In this document: positions 28,862-38,649 of the stretch, piece after piece
Numbering within the stretch: the stretch's first letter is position 1
Layout: each line of letters starts with the position of its first letter
NCBI GenBank assembly: GCA_030059665.1
Contig: JANVYR010000001.1
Coordinates: 736,001-800,000, forward strand
DNA from: Candidatus Calditenuis fumarioli
Lineage (GTDB): Archaea; Thermoproteota; Nitrososphaeria_A; Caldarchaeales; Calditenuaceae
Length of the DNA stretch: 64,000 bases
Direction: 5' to 3'
Program-made: the position numbers and the translations under genes
Notes under the pieces: model-generated
Databases searched by the model: none
What the model was told of the DNA's origin: nothing
What the model saw: the letters and a program-made list of their open reading frames with translations, nothing else

Positions 28862-29495
28862 ACGCCTCGATTATCCTCATTGAGATCCTCATGGCTCCCT
28901 CCAGGTCCCGTGAGTAGAGGCGCTCAACCACGCACTGGTCGTGGATTACGGCCTCAGCGACGCTAGACCTGACCGATGGCTCCCTGAACCTAGAGAGGAG
29001 AACGGGCCTGAGCGCCCCCAACAGCTCGACCTTCAGGGCGTCGAGCTCAGAGACTTGGGCCTCCAACCTTCTCCTCAAGGACGAGGCCATATACGGACTC
29101 ATGCCCCCAGTGCTGACTCCTACTTCTATAGGCCCCTTCTTGAAGCTGGCAGGAAGATAGAAGTCGCAAAGGTCTGGCATATCGGCGAAGTTCAGAAACC
29201 TGACCTTCGGGCTCAATACGCCCTTCAACTTCACCGCTAGAGACCTCTCCTTAACTGCCACCACCCCTATGTCGGCCACCGGGACCGAGGATGGGTCGAG
29301 GGATCCCAGATCCATGGCCTTGACCGAGAGCCTGTCACCATACGTCGCGAGGAGTTCGTGAAGACCCTCCTCGGCAGAGCCAGCGATGGCGATGACGCTC
29401 GCACCTCTATCCAAGAACTTCTTCACCTTGGAGACCATCTCCTCTCCCTCTCCAACTATCAGGACGGGACGACGTAGGACGACGTCTATCAGCAA
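28842..29495 (-). CDS. sirC: Precorrin-2 dehydrogenase/sirohydrochlorin ferrochelatase (SirC/Met8/CysG-N-like)
   Basis: VLIVGEGE, NFADMPDLCDFYLP, GVSTGGMSP. Confidence 0.85.
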   Translation of the reverse strand: MLIDVVLRRPVLIVGEGEEMVSKVKKFLDRGASVIAIAGSAEEGLHELLATYGDRLSVKAMDLGSLDPSSVPVADIGVVAVKERSLAVKLKGVLSPKVRFLNFADMPDLCDFYLPASFKKGPIEVGVSTGGMSPYMASSLRRRLEAQVSELDALKVELLGALRPVLLSRFREPSVRSSVAEAVIHDQCVVERLYSRDLEGAMRISMRIIEAFGDGSR

Positions 29496-29920
29496 CCCCT
29501 CTCACCCTCAAGGATTGAAGTGACGATGACCTGTAACGATCGGGGACTCGCCAACGTCGGCCCTCCGATCTCCGCTTCTTCGACAAGTACCTCCCTCTCC
29601 AGCTTGCAGGCATAACACGCGACCCTAACGATTAGGACTCCGCCTTCAAGCCTCCTCGGTCTTCCCCTGAGAAGCCAGTGGTGTTTCCCTCCGCACTTCC
29701 AGTAACCCCACGTCTCCCTCGCTATGAACCTCAAGAGGTCTTCGGAGACGTGATCGAAAACGCGGACTTCCGCTATGCCTTTGGAGGAAAGCACCTCGCT
29801 CAACGCGTTGCGGTCACACCTCCCAAAGGCCAACCGCATCACTAGGTAGTCGAGACCGATCTCACATGCCTTAAGCAGTAACTCCCTCACCGCCTCTCTC
29901 ATTGATGACGTGCCACCCAT
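29489..29920 (-). CDS. Hypothetical protein with a possible metal-binding C/H motif
   Basis: WKCGGKHHW...ACYAC; overlaps both neighbours. Confidence 0.55.
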   Translation of the reverse strand: MGGTSSMREAVRELLLKACEIGLDYLVMRLAFGRCDRNALSEVLSSKGIAEVRVFDHVSEDLLRFIARETWGYWKCGGKHHWLLRGRPRRLEGGVLIVRVACYACKLEREVLVEEAEIGGPTLASPRSLQVIVTSILEGERGC

Positions 29921-30179
29921 CGACTTCCACCCAAGCAGCTATACCCCTCAGGACGACCGTTCTTGAGCGGATGTCAATGGAGGCGTAAGGCTGGTCCGAG
30001 ACTCGAACCCTGCCGAAGGTGTGGTGCTTCAGGTACTCATAACACGCACTTATAGCAAGGGCCTCGTCGGTGTGCTGAACTCCTGTAGATACCTCGTCTA
30101 TTCTTCGGAGCAATGAGACCAACCTCTCGAGGTTGCCCTTACCTACGAACCTCCCATTAAGTAGAACATCAATCTCCAA
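29871..30179 (-). CDS. Hypothetical protein
   Basis: 102 aa; overlaps the cysH stop. Confidence 0.55.
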   Translation of the reverse strand: MEIDVLLNGRFVGKGNLERLVSLLRRIDEVSTGVQHTDEALAISACYEYLKHHTFGRVRVSDQPYASIDIRSRTVVLRGIAAWVEVDGWHVINERGGEGVTA

Positions 30180-30993
30180 CTCGTCTCACCCCTCCCTTCA
30201 GGATAGTTGCGAGTTCCTTCTCGAAGCCGCCAGTGTATATGCTGCAGTGCATGCCGCACTCCTTAGGAGCGTCCCTCTCCCACCACCACCTGCCAGCCCT
30301 TGGATCCTCACCGGGGGAAACGGGCCTAGTGCATGGGGCGCATCCTATGCTCTTGTAACCCTTATCGTAAAGGGAAACGTAAGGAACCCTCCTCTCCCTA
30401 ACGTACTTCCACACGTCCTCGTACGTCCAATCCGCTAACGGGTTTACTTTCAAAATCCCACCGTGGTCGTGATCCACCTCCACTTTCCGGACGTTGACCC
30501 TGCTGGCCCACTGTTCCCTCCTAAGCCCTGTGATCCACGCGTCGAGGTTCGCGAGGTATCTCTGGAGTGGTCTCACCTTCCTTATATGGCAACAGAGCAA
30601 TCTAAGGTCAACGCTCTTGTAGAAGAGATTGAATCCATACCTGTAAACCATCTCAGCGACTTCCTTCTCGTCCGGGAAGATCACCTCTATTTTGATCCCA
30701 TAGTGGTCTCTAACTATGTCGACGTATTCGTAGATCTCCTGGGGCAACCTGCCCGTATCTATGATGAATGCCCTTACTTCGCTGTTGATCCTATATGCGA
30801 TATCGAGGACCACGGCGTCCTCTACCTGTCCACTGAACGCTATGGCAACTCTGGGGTGGTAGTTCTCGAGTACGAACCTGACTAGGTCCTCAGCGGGCCT
30901 CATCTCGTACTCGAGCGCTAACGCTTCGGCCTCCAGGTCATCCAAGACTGTCCTCCTCCTGGACGAAACGCCAGGTTCGGCCATCGAACTCAC
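30169..30993 (-). CDS. cysH: APS reductase (Fe-S-type CysH)
   Basis: AFSG, IDTGRL, LCCHIRKVRPL, WITGLRREQ, IGCAPC, GRW, KECGMH. Confidence 0.92.
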   Translation of the reverse strand: MSSMAEPGVSSRRRTVLDDLEAEALALEYEMRPAEDLVRFVLENYHPRVAIAFSGQVEDAVVLDIAYRINSEVRAFIIDTGRLPQEIYEYVDIVRDHYGIKIEVIFPDEKEVAEMVYRYGFNLFYKSVDLRLLCCHIRKVRPLQRYLANLDAWITGLRREQWASRVNVRKVEVDHDHGGILKVNPLADWTYEDVWKYVRERRVPYVSLYDKGYKSIGCAPCTRPVSPGEDPRAGRWWWERDAPKECGMHCSIYTGGFEKELATILKGGVRRVGD

Positions 30994-32603
30994 CTCTTAG
31001 TAGCCATGAACTGGAGGCCCTCCTCGCCGCCCATGAGCCTCACCAGCTCCTCTGGAGACTTCGAGCGAATGAAGTCCCTGAAGTTTGTGAATCCTGACGT
31101 CTTATAGGCCTTGAGGAGGTTGGCTATCCAGCCCGGTATTAGCTCCGCCGGGACTCTCCTAGCAGTCACGGACCCTATGCTCGCGTCGAGTCCGTAACCG
31201 CCGCCGAGGATCACGTCAAAGGCGTACTTGACTCCCGTCGGGGTCCTAATAGTCGTGCCCTGGAGACCTATGTCACCGAGCCAGTGTTGTCCGCACGCAT
31301 GTGGGCAACCGTCGAGGTTTATCTTCACATCCATATCCAAGAGACCCTCCAGCTCTAGCCTCTTCAATATCCTGATGAGCATGACCTTAGTCTCGCCGAC
31401 GGAATAATTGCAATATGGGTCGCCTGTGCAGGCAACACTGAGGGACTCGACCCTACGTGGTCTGAGCCCGAAGCCCAGCTTCGAAGCCCGCCTCAGGACC
31501 CTCTCCAACTCGCGCTCGGGAACGTTCACCGCTATGAGGTTCTGATGTTGGGTCACCCTGAGCTCTATGCCATCACCTAAGGCGTCGAGGAGCCTCAACA
31601 GCTGCCTTCCGGTGAGGAGTCCTGCAGTGACCGACAAGCCCACCGAGTAGAGGCCCTCTTGTTTCTGGGGGTTCACGCCCAGATGGTCGATAACCCCGCG
31701 CTTCTGGGGCAGTGGGAGGACAGGATGGTCTTCAAGCCTCCGTCCTAGCCTCTCCTCCACCAGAATCCTGAGCTTCTCAACTCCCAGGTCGTCAACTAAG
31801 AACTTCAACCTCGCCCTCACGAAGGAGGCCCTGTAGGAAGGCATGTCGTACCAGACATCGATTATAGCCCGCACCACTTCCAACTCCTCGCCGAGCTCCA
31901 CGAAGACCGGTAGGTGCCTCGATATCCTCGGAGACGAAGAGAGGCCTCCGCCGACTCTTATCGTGTATCCCTTCCTTCCGTCTTCCTTCTCCACGCCTAT
32001 CAGGGCGATGCAGTGCATCTCAGGAGCGTTGCACTGGTGCGGGCAGCTAGAGACGGTTATCTTGTGTTTTCTCGGGAGATTGCTGTATCTCCTGTTCCCG
32101 TAGAAGTATTCCGCCAGCTCGAATAGCGTGGGCCTCACGTCGAAGAGCTCCTCAGGGTTAACGCCTGATAGGGGGCAGGAAGTGATGTTCCTTACCGTAT
32201 CTCCGCAACCGGCAGCCGTGGTCAGTCCAACATCGAGCAGCCTCGAGAAGACCTCGGGTACGTCCTCTAGCCTGATCCAATGGAGCTGGACGTTCTGCCT
32301 GGTAGTCAACTCTATGTATCCCCTTCCAAACGCCTCGGCAATCTCCGCAATGGCCTTTGCCTGTTCCCAGCTCAGGATTCCTCCCGGTAACTTTATCCTG
32401 ACCATGAAGTACCCAAGCCTTGGCTTGTCGTGGTAAAGCCCCCACCACTGGAGCCTTACAACGTCCTCCTCAGGTATAGCTTCGTAGCCCTTGTCTATCA
32501 GGCTGTATATCTCGTCCAGGACGTCCAGCGGGTGCTTCTCGAGCTTCATGCGCTCCCTGGGGTTCCTTCTCAACGCCTCCTCCATGCTGACAGACCCTGA
32601 CAT
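30990..32603 (-). CDS. sir: Ferredoxin-dependent assimilatory sulfite (nitrite/sulfite) reductase, siroheme
   Basis: TTRQNVQLH, LPRKHKI, ACTGDPYC and GCPHACGQH cluster ligands. Confidence 0.9.
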   Translation of the reverse strand: MSGSVSMEEALRRNPRERMKLEKHPLDVLDEIYSLIDKGYEAIPEEDVVRLQWWGLYHDKPRLGYFMVRIKLPGGILSWEQAKAIAEIAEAFGRGYIELTTRQNVQLHWIRLEDVPEVFSRLLDVGLTTAAGCGDTVRNITSCPLSGVNPEELFDVRPTLFELAEYFYGNRRYSNLPRKHKITVSSCPHQCNAPEMHCIALIGVEKEDGRKGYTIRVGGGLSSSPRISRHLPVFVELGEELEVVRAIIDVWYDMPSYRASFVRARLKFLVDDLGVEKLRILVEERLGRRLEDHPVLPLPQKRGVIDHLGVNPQKQEGLYSVGLSVTAGLLTGRQLLRLLDALGDGIELRVTQHQNLIAVNVPERELERVLRRASKLGFGLRPRRVESLSVACTGDPYCNYSVGETKVMLIRILKRLELEGLLDMDVKINLDGCPHACGQHWLGDIGLQGTTIRTPTGVKYAFDVILGGGYGLDASIGSVTARRVPAELIPGWIANLLKAYKTSGFTNFRDFIRSKSPEELVRLMGGEEGLQFMATKR

Positions 32604-32709
32604 CCTCTCGTAACGCGAGATGGAGCTTTCTCAAAAATATTTGTCATAATATCGCAAAATTAGTCAAGCATAATATTCAAATAGAACTATATAAGCATGC
32701 ATCCACCGA

Positions 32710-33867
32710 ATGAACGCGCCTTACGGCGGAAGGCTCGTCGACCGCTTGGTCAAGGGAGGTAGGGCGGAGAAGTTGAGAGAGGAGGCACGGGAGCTGCAGC
32801 CGATTCGCTTGTCGGCGGAAGAGGAGCTGGACCTCGACAAGATCGCGATTGGAGCCTATAGCCCGCTCGAAGGGTTCATGACGAGGGAGGAGCTCGAGTC
32901 GGTCATTTCGAAGGGGGAGCTGCCGAGTGGGCTTCCGTGGACAATCCCCATTCTCCTGGATGCCAGACGGGAGGAGGTTAGGTTCTCAGAGGGCGACGAG
33001 GTCAGGCTAGAGGGGGAGACGTTTGGCGCGCTTGGTGTCATGAGGGTAGAGGAGATCTACGAGGTGGATCAGAAGGAGGTGGCCCAAAGGGTCTATGGTA
33101 CCCTCGACCCGCGTCACCCTAACGTGCGGAGGCTGCTCACCAAGGGTGAAGGTGTAGCCATAGGAGGTAGAGTGGAGCTCATCGAAAGGCCGGCATTCAA
33201 CGGTGTCGTGGGGCCGTACGAGCTCACGCCTTCAGAGGTCAGGGCCTTGATAAGCGAAAGGGGATGGAGGACCGTGGTCGGATTCCAGTGCAGGAATCCG
33301 CCCCATCTCGGACACGAATACATACAGAGGCTAGCGATGGAGCTTTACGACGGCCTGCTGATACACCCCGTCACGGGGCTCCTGAAGGAGGACGATTATC
33401 CGCCTGAAGCTATAATCGAGGCCTACGAGGCCCTAGTCGGCAATTACTACCCGAAGGGAAAGGTCCTCCTAGCATCGCTGGGAATCGAGATGAGGTACGC
33501 CGGACCGAAGGCCGCCGTTTTCCTGGCTATCATCAGGAGGAATTACGGGTGCACTCACTTCGTCGTCGGAAGGGACCTGGCTGGCGTAGGGGGTTTCTAC
33601 GACCCCTACGAGGCTCAACAGGTCCTCAGGAGCATGAGGGACGAGTTGGGAATAGAGCCGATCTGCGTCAAAGAGGTCTACTACTGCGGGAAGTGCGGTT
33701 GGGGTGTTACCGAGAACACTTGCACCCACGTCGGATGGTCTTATAACGTCACGACGATAAGCCAGACTTACATCAGGTCCGTTCTGAGACGCGGTGGCAC
33801 AGTCCCAGCAGGAGTGCTGAGGGAGGAGGTGCTCGAAGTCCTGAGGAAGTATTACCAGCGGAACTGA
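32710..33867 (+). CDS. sat: Sulfate adenylyltransferase
   Basis: GAYSPLEGFM, PWTIPI, FQCRNPPHLGHE, YAGPKAA, FVVGRDLAG. Confidence 0.94.
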   Translation: MNAPYGGRLVDRLVKGGRAEKLREEARELQPIRLSAEEELDLDKIAIGAYSPLEGFMTREELESVISKGELPSGLPWTIPILLDARREEVRFSEGDEVRLEGETFGALGVMRVEEIYEVDQKEVAQRVYGTLDPRHPNVRRLLTKGEGVAIGGRVELIERPAFNGVVGPYELTPSEVRALISERGWRTVVGFQCRNPPHLGHEYIQRLAMELYDGLLIHPVTGLLKEDDYPPEAIIEAYEALVGNYYPKGKVLLASLGIEMRYAGPKAAVFLAIIRRNYGCTHFVVGRDLAGVGGFYDPYEAQQVLRSMRDELGIEPICVKEVYYCGKCGWGVTENTCTHVGWSYNVTTISQTYIRSVLRRGGTVPAGVLREEVLEVLRKYYQRN

Positions 33868-33882
33868 GGGGAGCGGCAGACC

Positions 33883-34632
33883 ATGCTACCACATGTCTTG
33901 CCGGCATTGGGCTTCGTGGGTGGGTTCCTGTTGGGGTTAGTGGGGTTCGGTTGGGGATCCACAATCCTCCCTCTCTTGATCCTTCTGGAGGCAGATCCCA
34001 AGGTAGCCATAGGGGCCGTAGTGACGTCGAACACCGTCATGTGCCTCCTGGGCAGCCTTAGGTACGGGAACTCGAAGCTCTTCAGCTGGAGGGTCGCAGC
34101 TCCCACGGCTGCAGCCGCCATATCAGCTGCCCTAGTGGGAACCGCTTTCAGCACGCTTCTACCAGGGAAGGTGGTCGTTGCGGTCCTGGGTCTCTACCTG
34201 ACGGTGGGAGGGGTATCGCTAGCTCTCCGCCCTCCAAGCTTCAAGAGGAGCCCCGACGGAGCCACCGTTGCGCTCTGGAAGTTCGTTGCAGGAGGAGCCA
34301 TACCTGGCTTCTTCGAAGGTGCTTACGGGTCCGGAGGACCTGCTGGCATGCTTACGCTTATGATGCTTAGGGTCCCTGTGAAGGTCGCTATAGGCAGCTG
34401 GCTTACGGCATCCCTGTTGAGCCAGGGAGCGGCTTCTGTAGTATACGGGGTCCAGGGAATCGTGGACCCGGTGATGACTGGGTTACTAGTCGTTGGCGGC
34501 ATCCCTGCCATGATCTTAGGGAGCCATATCACCATAAAGAGGCTGGCTGATTCTACCATCGAAAGGGTAGCCGGTTTAGCGATCTTCCTGTTGGGCTCAA
34601 GATTGATCGCGATAAACGTGCTTCATTTCTGA
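33883..34632 (+). CDS. TSUP (TauE/SafE) family permease, candidate sulfate/sulfur oxyanion transporter
   Basis: GLVGFGWG and GAYGSGG repeats; directly follows sat. Confidence 0.8.
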   Translation: MLPHVLPALGFVGGFLLGLVGFGWGSTILPLLILLEADPKVAIGAVVTSNTVMCLLGSLRYGNSKLFSWRVAAPTAAAAISAALVGTAFSTLLPGKVVVAVLGLYLTVGGVSLALRPPSFKRSPDGATVALWKFVAGGAIPGFFEGAYGSGGPAGMLTLMMLRVPVKVAIGSWLTASLLSQGAASVVYGVQGIVDPVMTGLLVVGGIPAMILGSHITIKRLADSTIERVAGLAIFLLGSRLIAINVLHF

Positions 34633-35033
34633 CCGTCATCGGAACACCTTTGACGGAAATCAGATTTGATGTTCCTCATAATATAGCATCTAGTTCCTAA
34701 CTAGTTTGCCGAGACTTTCGTAATCAACATCGAACGCCGTGTCAATAGTTGTGGGAGGCTCCATCCTCTCTGCAACGTGAAAAGTCGTGTTTAACCCCCA
34801 AACGAACAGCCACCTTGTCCGTAGCGACTGCGCAAGAATAGGCTGCTTTCTCCTTGCTGCAGACGAAGAAGGTAACCGCTCTACGGTGTGCTGACGTGGA
34901 CGGAGATATTGGGAGACGCGCATGCGGACAAACCTAGGAGATGTGCGACAAAACTGCGAGATGAACCAGTTATCTGTCATCAACTCTAGGGTGTGAAAGA
35001 ATCTTTTTATTCCAGCCACCACGTCGCAAAATT

Positions 35034-35552
35034 GTGACGTTACTATCCAATCATCAAATGCGATCTGGAACAATTTTAACCAACGGAAGGGGGCAGGAAA
35101 GTCCTCAACAACATGAAGCTAGGAGGGTCAACATAGTCCTGACAATCATATTAGTGATCTCGATTGTGGTAGGATTGCTCATATTAATATTCGATGGACT
35201 GCTATGGTTCGATAACCCGAAGAACGGTCATGCATATGCTCTCATAGCGTTCACCATCATACAGTTGGCCCTTCTATATGGTCTCTTCCGTAGCCCACAT
35301 AGGGCCACTAAGGCTATAAACTATTGGTCTGCAATCTATCTGGTGCTGTTACTGCTGAACCCGTTGACAGGCCCTTTCATAGGAGTCTCACCAGCCCAGT
35401 TCGCGTCATATCTCTTCGGCATCACACCGATCCCGAGCTTTAATGGCGTCAGCTGTCCGTTTCTGTGTCCTCCCTTCGCCATCAGCTACGATCTGCTGAT
35501 CGCGTGTCAGATAGCTATCTTGGTACTCGGCAGGAGGGGACTGAAAAGATAA
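35034..35552 (+). CDS. Hypothetical membrane protein
   Basis: About four TM segments; extracellular CPFLCPP. Confidence 0.6.
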   Translation: MTLLSNHQMRSGTILTNGRGQESPQQHEARRVNIVLTIILVISIVVGLLILIFDGLLWFDNPKNGHAYALIAFTIIQLALLYGLFRSPHRATKAINYWSAIYLVLLLLNPLTGPFIGVSPAQFASYLFGITPIPSFNGVSCPFLCPPFAISYDLLIACQIAILVLGRRGLKR

Positions 35553-35561
35553 TGCGCAAAT

Positions 35562-36752
35562 ATGTGGCGAAATGGACCAGATAGCTTTGCCAACCGTCGT
35601 GTTCTGATGGCTGCAATTGCTGCCCAGATAGCGACCATGCCCTTCGTCTCACATGGATATGATCTACTGGTTAGCTACGTTGCGGCAAGGAACGTCTTTG
35701 ACGGTAAGAGCCCTTATCTCGGTGGCTCGCTGCCAAACCCGTCCTATCCCGCCAACGTCCAGGGCATTGGAGAAACCCCCCTTTGGCCGTTATACCTCTC
35801 GCTCTCATACGTGGTTTCCGGTGGCGAGCTGTTCCTCTTCAACGCGATTGCTAAAATCCCATTACTTCTGTCCAACATTCTGTTATATTATGTGTTCACG
35901 AAACGTGGCATTAAGGGTGCCGAGTTCTACATCTTAAATCCAATGATATTGGTGATCACGGTGTTCTGGGGGAAGCCCGACGTCGTTTCGACGTTGTTAG
36001 CCATCGCTTCTCTGCTGCTTGTCGATAGGCCCATCATCTCGGGACTTCTCATGGGCGTCTCCGTCAACGTGAAGCCATTGTCGCTGGGCACGATCCCAGC
36101 CACGCTAGCCTACCTGGGGTCCAGAAGGAGCGTCGCGTTCCTGCTCGCTTTCTTCTCCTCCTCGGCTTCGATCTTCATAATGCCCTTCGTTCTGCTGGGA
36201 TGGGACCTTTCGGTGCCATCTTCGGGAATCGTGAACTGGTTTCGGGAAGCGGGAGGTCTGAACCCTCTGAACGTCTTCGAGTTGTTCTACGGATGGAGTT
36301 ATGAGCGCGGCTACAATCCACTTGGGGAGTGGGTCAGTCTCCCTTGGATCGCTGCGGTCCTAGCAGTGACAGTTCGCATCGCGGTGAAGCGGCCTATTAG
36401 TTACCGGGAGATGGTCTGGGGAGCGATTCTGGGATCGTCGGCATTCATAGTCGGCAGGTCGAGGGTCTCTGAGCAGAACTTAATCCTTCCCATGGCGCTG
36501 ATGCACCTCTACGCTGGAAGGCCCCCTAGACCCAGATTGTGGGCAGTGCTCCTGCTATACTCGGCCCTGAACTACTCGATACCACAGCTCTTGTATCCTG
36601 TTTGGCGCAGCGTCACTGTCGACCTTCACGAGCTCACGAAACAATTTGAGGGGATTAGGATATTTAGCAGGTTCATTTCCTCAATCGCGTTCTACACGCT
36701 CTACATCCTCGAACTCAGGGAGGTCCGGAGGGGAGCGTTCAATGAGGGATGA
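35562..36752 (+). CDS. GT-C-fold glycosyltransferase-like membrane protein (GT87/PIG-M-like)
   Basis: Multi-TM; YPxxxxxPLWPLY, KIPLLLSN, ILNP...WGKPD, VKP motifs. Confidence 0.6.
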   Translation: MWRNGPDSFANRRVLMAAIAAQIATMPFVSHGYDLLVSYVAARNVFDGKSPYLGGSLPNPSYPANVQGIGETPLWPLYLSLSYVVSGGELFLFNAIAKIPLLLSNILLYYVFTKRGIKGAEFYILNPMILVITVFWGKPDVVSTLLAIASLLLVDRPIISGLLMGVSVNVKPLSLGTIPATLAYLGSRRSVAFLLAFFSSSASIFIMPFVLLGWDLSVPSSGIVNWFREAGGLNPLNVFELFYGWSYERGYNPLGEWVSLPWIAAVLAVTVRIAVKRPISYREMVWGAILGSSAFIVGRSRVSEQNLILPMALMHLYAGRPPRPRLWAVLLLYSALNYSIPQLLYPVWRSVTVDLHELTKQFEGIRIFSRFISSIAFYTLYILELREVRRGAFNEG

Positions 36753-37482
36753 GCTGGTGCCGTATTCCATAGCTGCGACCAGCGTCTTCTGGGGAGCGGC
36801 AGCTCTCGTTGATCCGAGAATCGGTCTACATCCGAGACTACCACCTCCAGAGATCGTCGCAGTTCTGCACTTCCTTGCAGGGCTACTGATCGTTCCAAAG
36901 AGAGTCAGATGGATAGGTTGCTTCACCGTTTTCGTAGTTACGGCGTACTATTCCGTTTGGGTGAAACCTTTTGCCCCGATCGCAGAACCCCAGACGATCG
37001 GCATATCAATGATCGCGCTCGGGTCCACTATAGAGGAGGTCTCCTCCAGAGTTGCCGCAAGGGACTACCGGGTCTCGAAGCTGGCAATCACCTTGTTGAT
37101 GCGGGGAGGCATAGCCTATCCGTTCGTTGAATGGGGTCTAGACGCCCTGAGGAACCCCAAACACTTCGTCAACTACATCTCCAGCAACGAAAGGGCATCA
37201 ACCCTTGCAAATCCAATAGGTATTGAAAACGCGGTTTTTCTGATCTTTTTGGTGGAAACGGTACTTGCAACTCTGATAGCCACCGGGTTGCTGCGTAAGC
37301 TTACTGGAATCGTTTCCGCTTTAGTCCTCACCCTGTTTTCAGCGGTTGCAGGATATCCTCTGGCTCTACCCCAGAACGTTGTCCTGATAGCAACGTCAAT
37401 TAGGTATGGGCTTGAAAGGTCCGATTTGCGGATTTCGCAGCCGCAGAAGGCAGCCGGATGTCGATGGCTTGGCGTCGTCTAA
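36742..37482 (+). CDS. DoxX-like membrane protein
   Basis: LLMRGGIAYPFVEWGLDALRNP resembles the DoxX first helix; overlaps the upstream gene. Confidence 0.5.
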   Translation: MRDELVPYSIAATSVFWGAAALVDPRIGLHPRLPPPEIVAVLHFLAGLLIVPKRVRWIGCFTVFVVTAYYSVWVKPFAPIAEPQTIGISMIALGSTIEEVSSRVAARDYRVSKLAITLLMRGGIAYPFVEWGLDALRNPKHFVNYISSNERASTLANPIGIENAVFLIFLVETVLATLIATGLLRKLTGIVSALVLTLFSAVAGYPLALPQNVVLIATSIRYGLERSDLRISQPQKAAGCRWLGVV

Positions 37483-37782
37483 TTGTATGATTTGGTATGT
37501 ACTAGAATCTCAACGACCCGTGGACGGCTTCCATCGAAATAGCAAAGACGTCGAATCGCTACAGAGGAGATGCTACCGGTTCTGCCTTGAAAACAATTGG
37601 GGAAGGAACCTAGATTATTATGGGTACCGAAGCGGACTAAGAGGTTTCTCGAGAACTGGTCCACTTACAGTTGCCCCTGAAGTCTTAGAATGTAGATTAG
37701 CAAACAGGGATTTTCAAAGGGTCGCCCTCCGTCAATGGGTAGGTCAGAAATGCAAATATATCTTCCAATGGGCGGGACTTGT

Positions 37783-38289
37783 ATGAAAAGACGTCTGTTC
37801 GGAACGATCCTTATGTTGGGGATGCTGCTCGGTTTATCAATTTCGCTGTCAGCGTTTTCCGACGCATCGGCGGGTGCAAGGAACTTCACCGCAACGCTCA
37901 ACGGATGGGGTGAGGTCCCTTCACTGGTGAGCAAAGGTTTCGGGTTCGCAAGGGTTCAGATATCAGAGGACGAAAAGACCATTTACTTTGAACTAGTCTA
38001 CTATGGTCTCGTAAACGTTACGGCTGCCCACATCCACATAGGAAAGGAGGGACACGTGGGAGGAGTTGCGGTGTGGCTTTGTGGCGGACCTAGACCACCG
38101 TGTCCACCTTCAGGGACCAAGGTAACTGGGACGATAACGTCTGGTGATGTGTTGTCAATTCCAGCACAAGGTCTCACGGCAGGCGACCTGAAGTCGCTAA
38201 TAGCTGCCATAAGGAGCGGGAGTGCCTACGTCAACGTCCACACCACCAGATTTCCGGCAGGTGAGATCAGGGGTCAGCTAAGCAGCTGA
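37783..38289 (+). CDS. Secreted CHRD-domain protein
   Basis: Signal peptide; TAAHIH, GGVAVWL, AYVNVHT..FPAGEIRGQL. Confidence 0.85.
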   Translation: MKRRLFGTILMLGMLLGLSISLSAFSDASAGARNFTATLNGWGEVPSLVSKGFGFARVQISEDEKTIYFELVYYGLVNVTAAHIHIGKEGHVGGVAVWLCGGPRPPCPPSGTKVTGTITSGDVLSIPAQGLTAGDLKSLIAAIRSGSAYVNVHTTRFPAGEIRGQLSS

Positions 38290-38649
38290 CGGCTGAATTG
38301 GAGAAGACGGAAGTTGAACATAGCTACCCGCTTTTTGGATCATTTGGCCGGAGGGGTTGATTGCGCCTAATCTTTCGCCACTTAAAAGACGCGTTCGAGG
38401 AGCATTAACGGGCGTCGTTGTTGTTATGCGCGTTGAAGCCTAATCCTGGAGGCGGATCAATCGGGATCAGAACGAGTAATCTAGGAAACTTGGAGCAGAA
38501 AGATTGCCGGCGGATTTCATTACTAAAATGCGTTATCGCGATGGCCTCTTGGGCCCGCTTATAAGCCAGACCCAGTTTCATCTGTTCCTGTAGTTCACCT
38601 GCGCTCCAATAATGATAAGAGATGAAAAGCCGAAACGGAACGGGACGCA

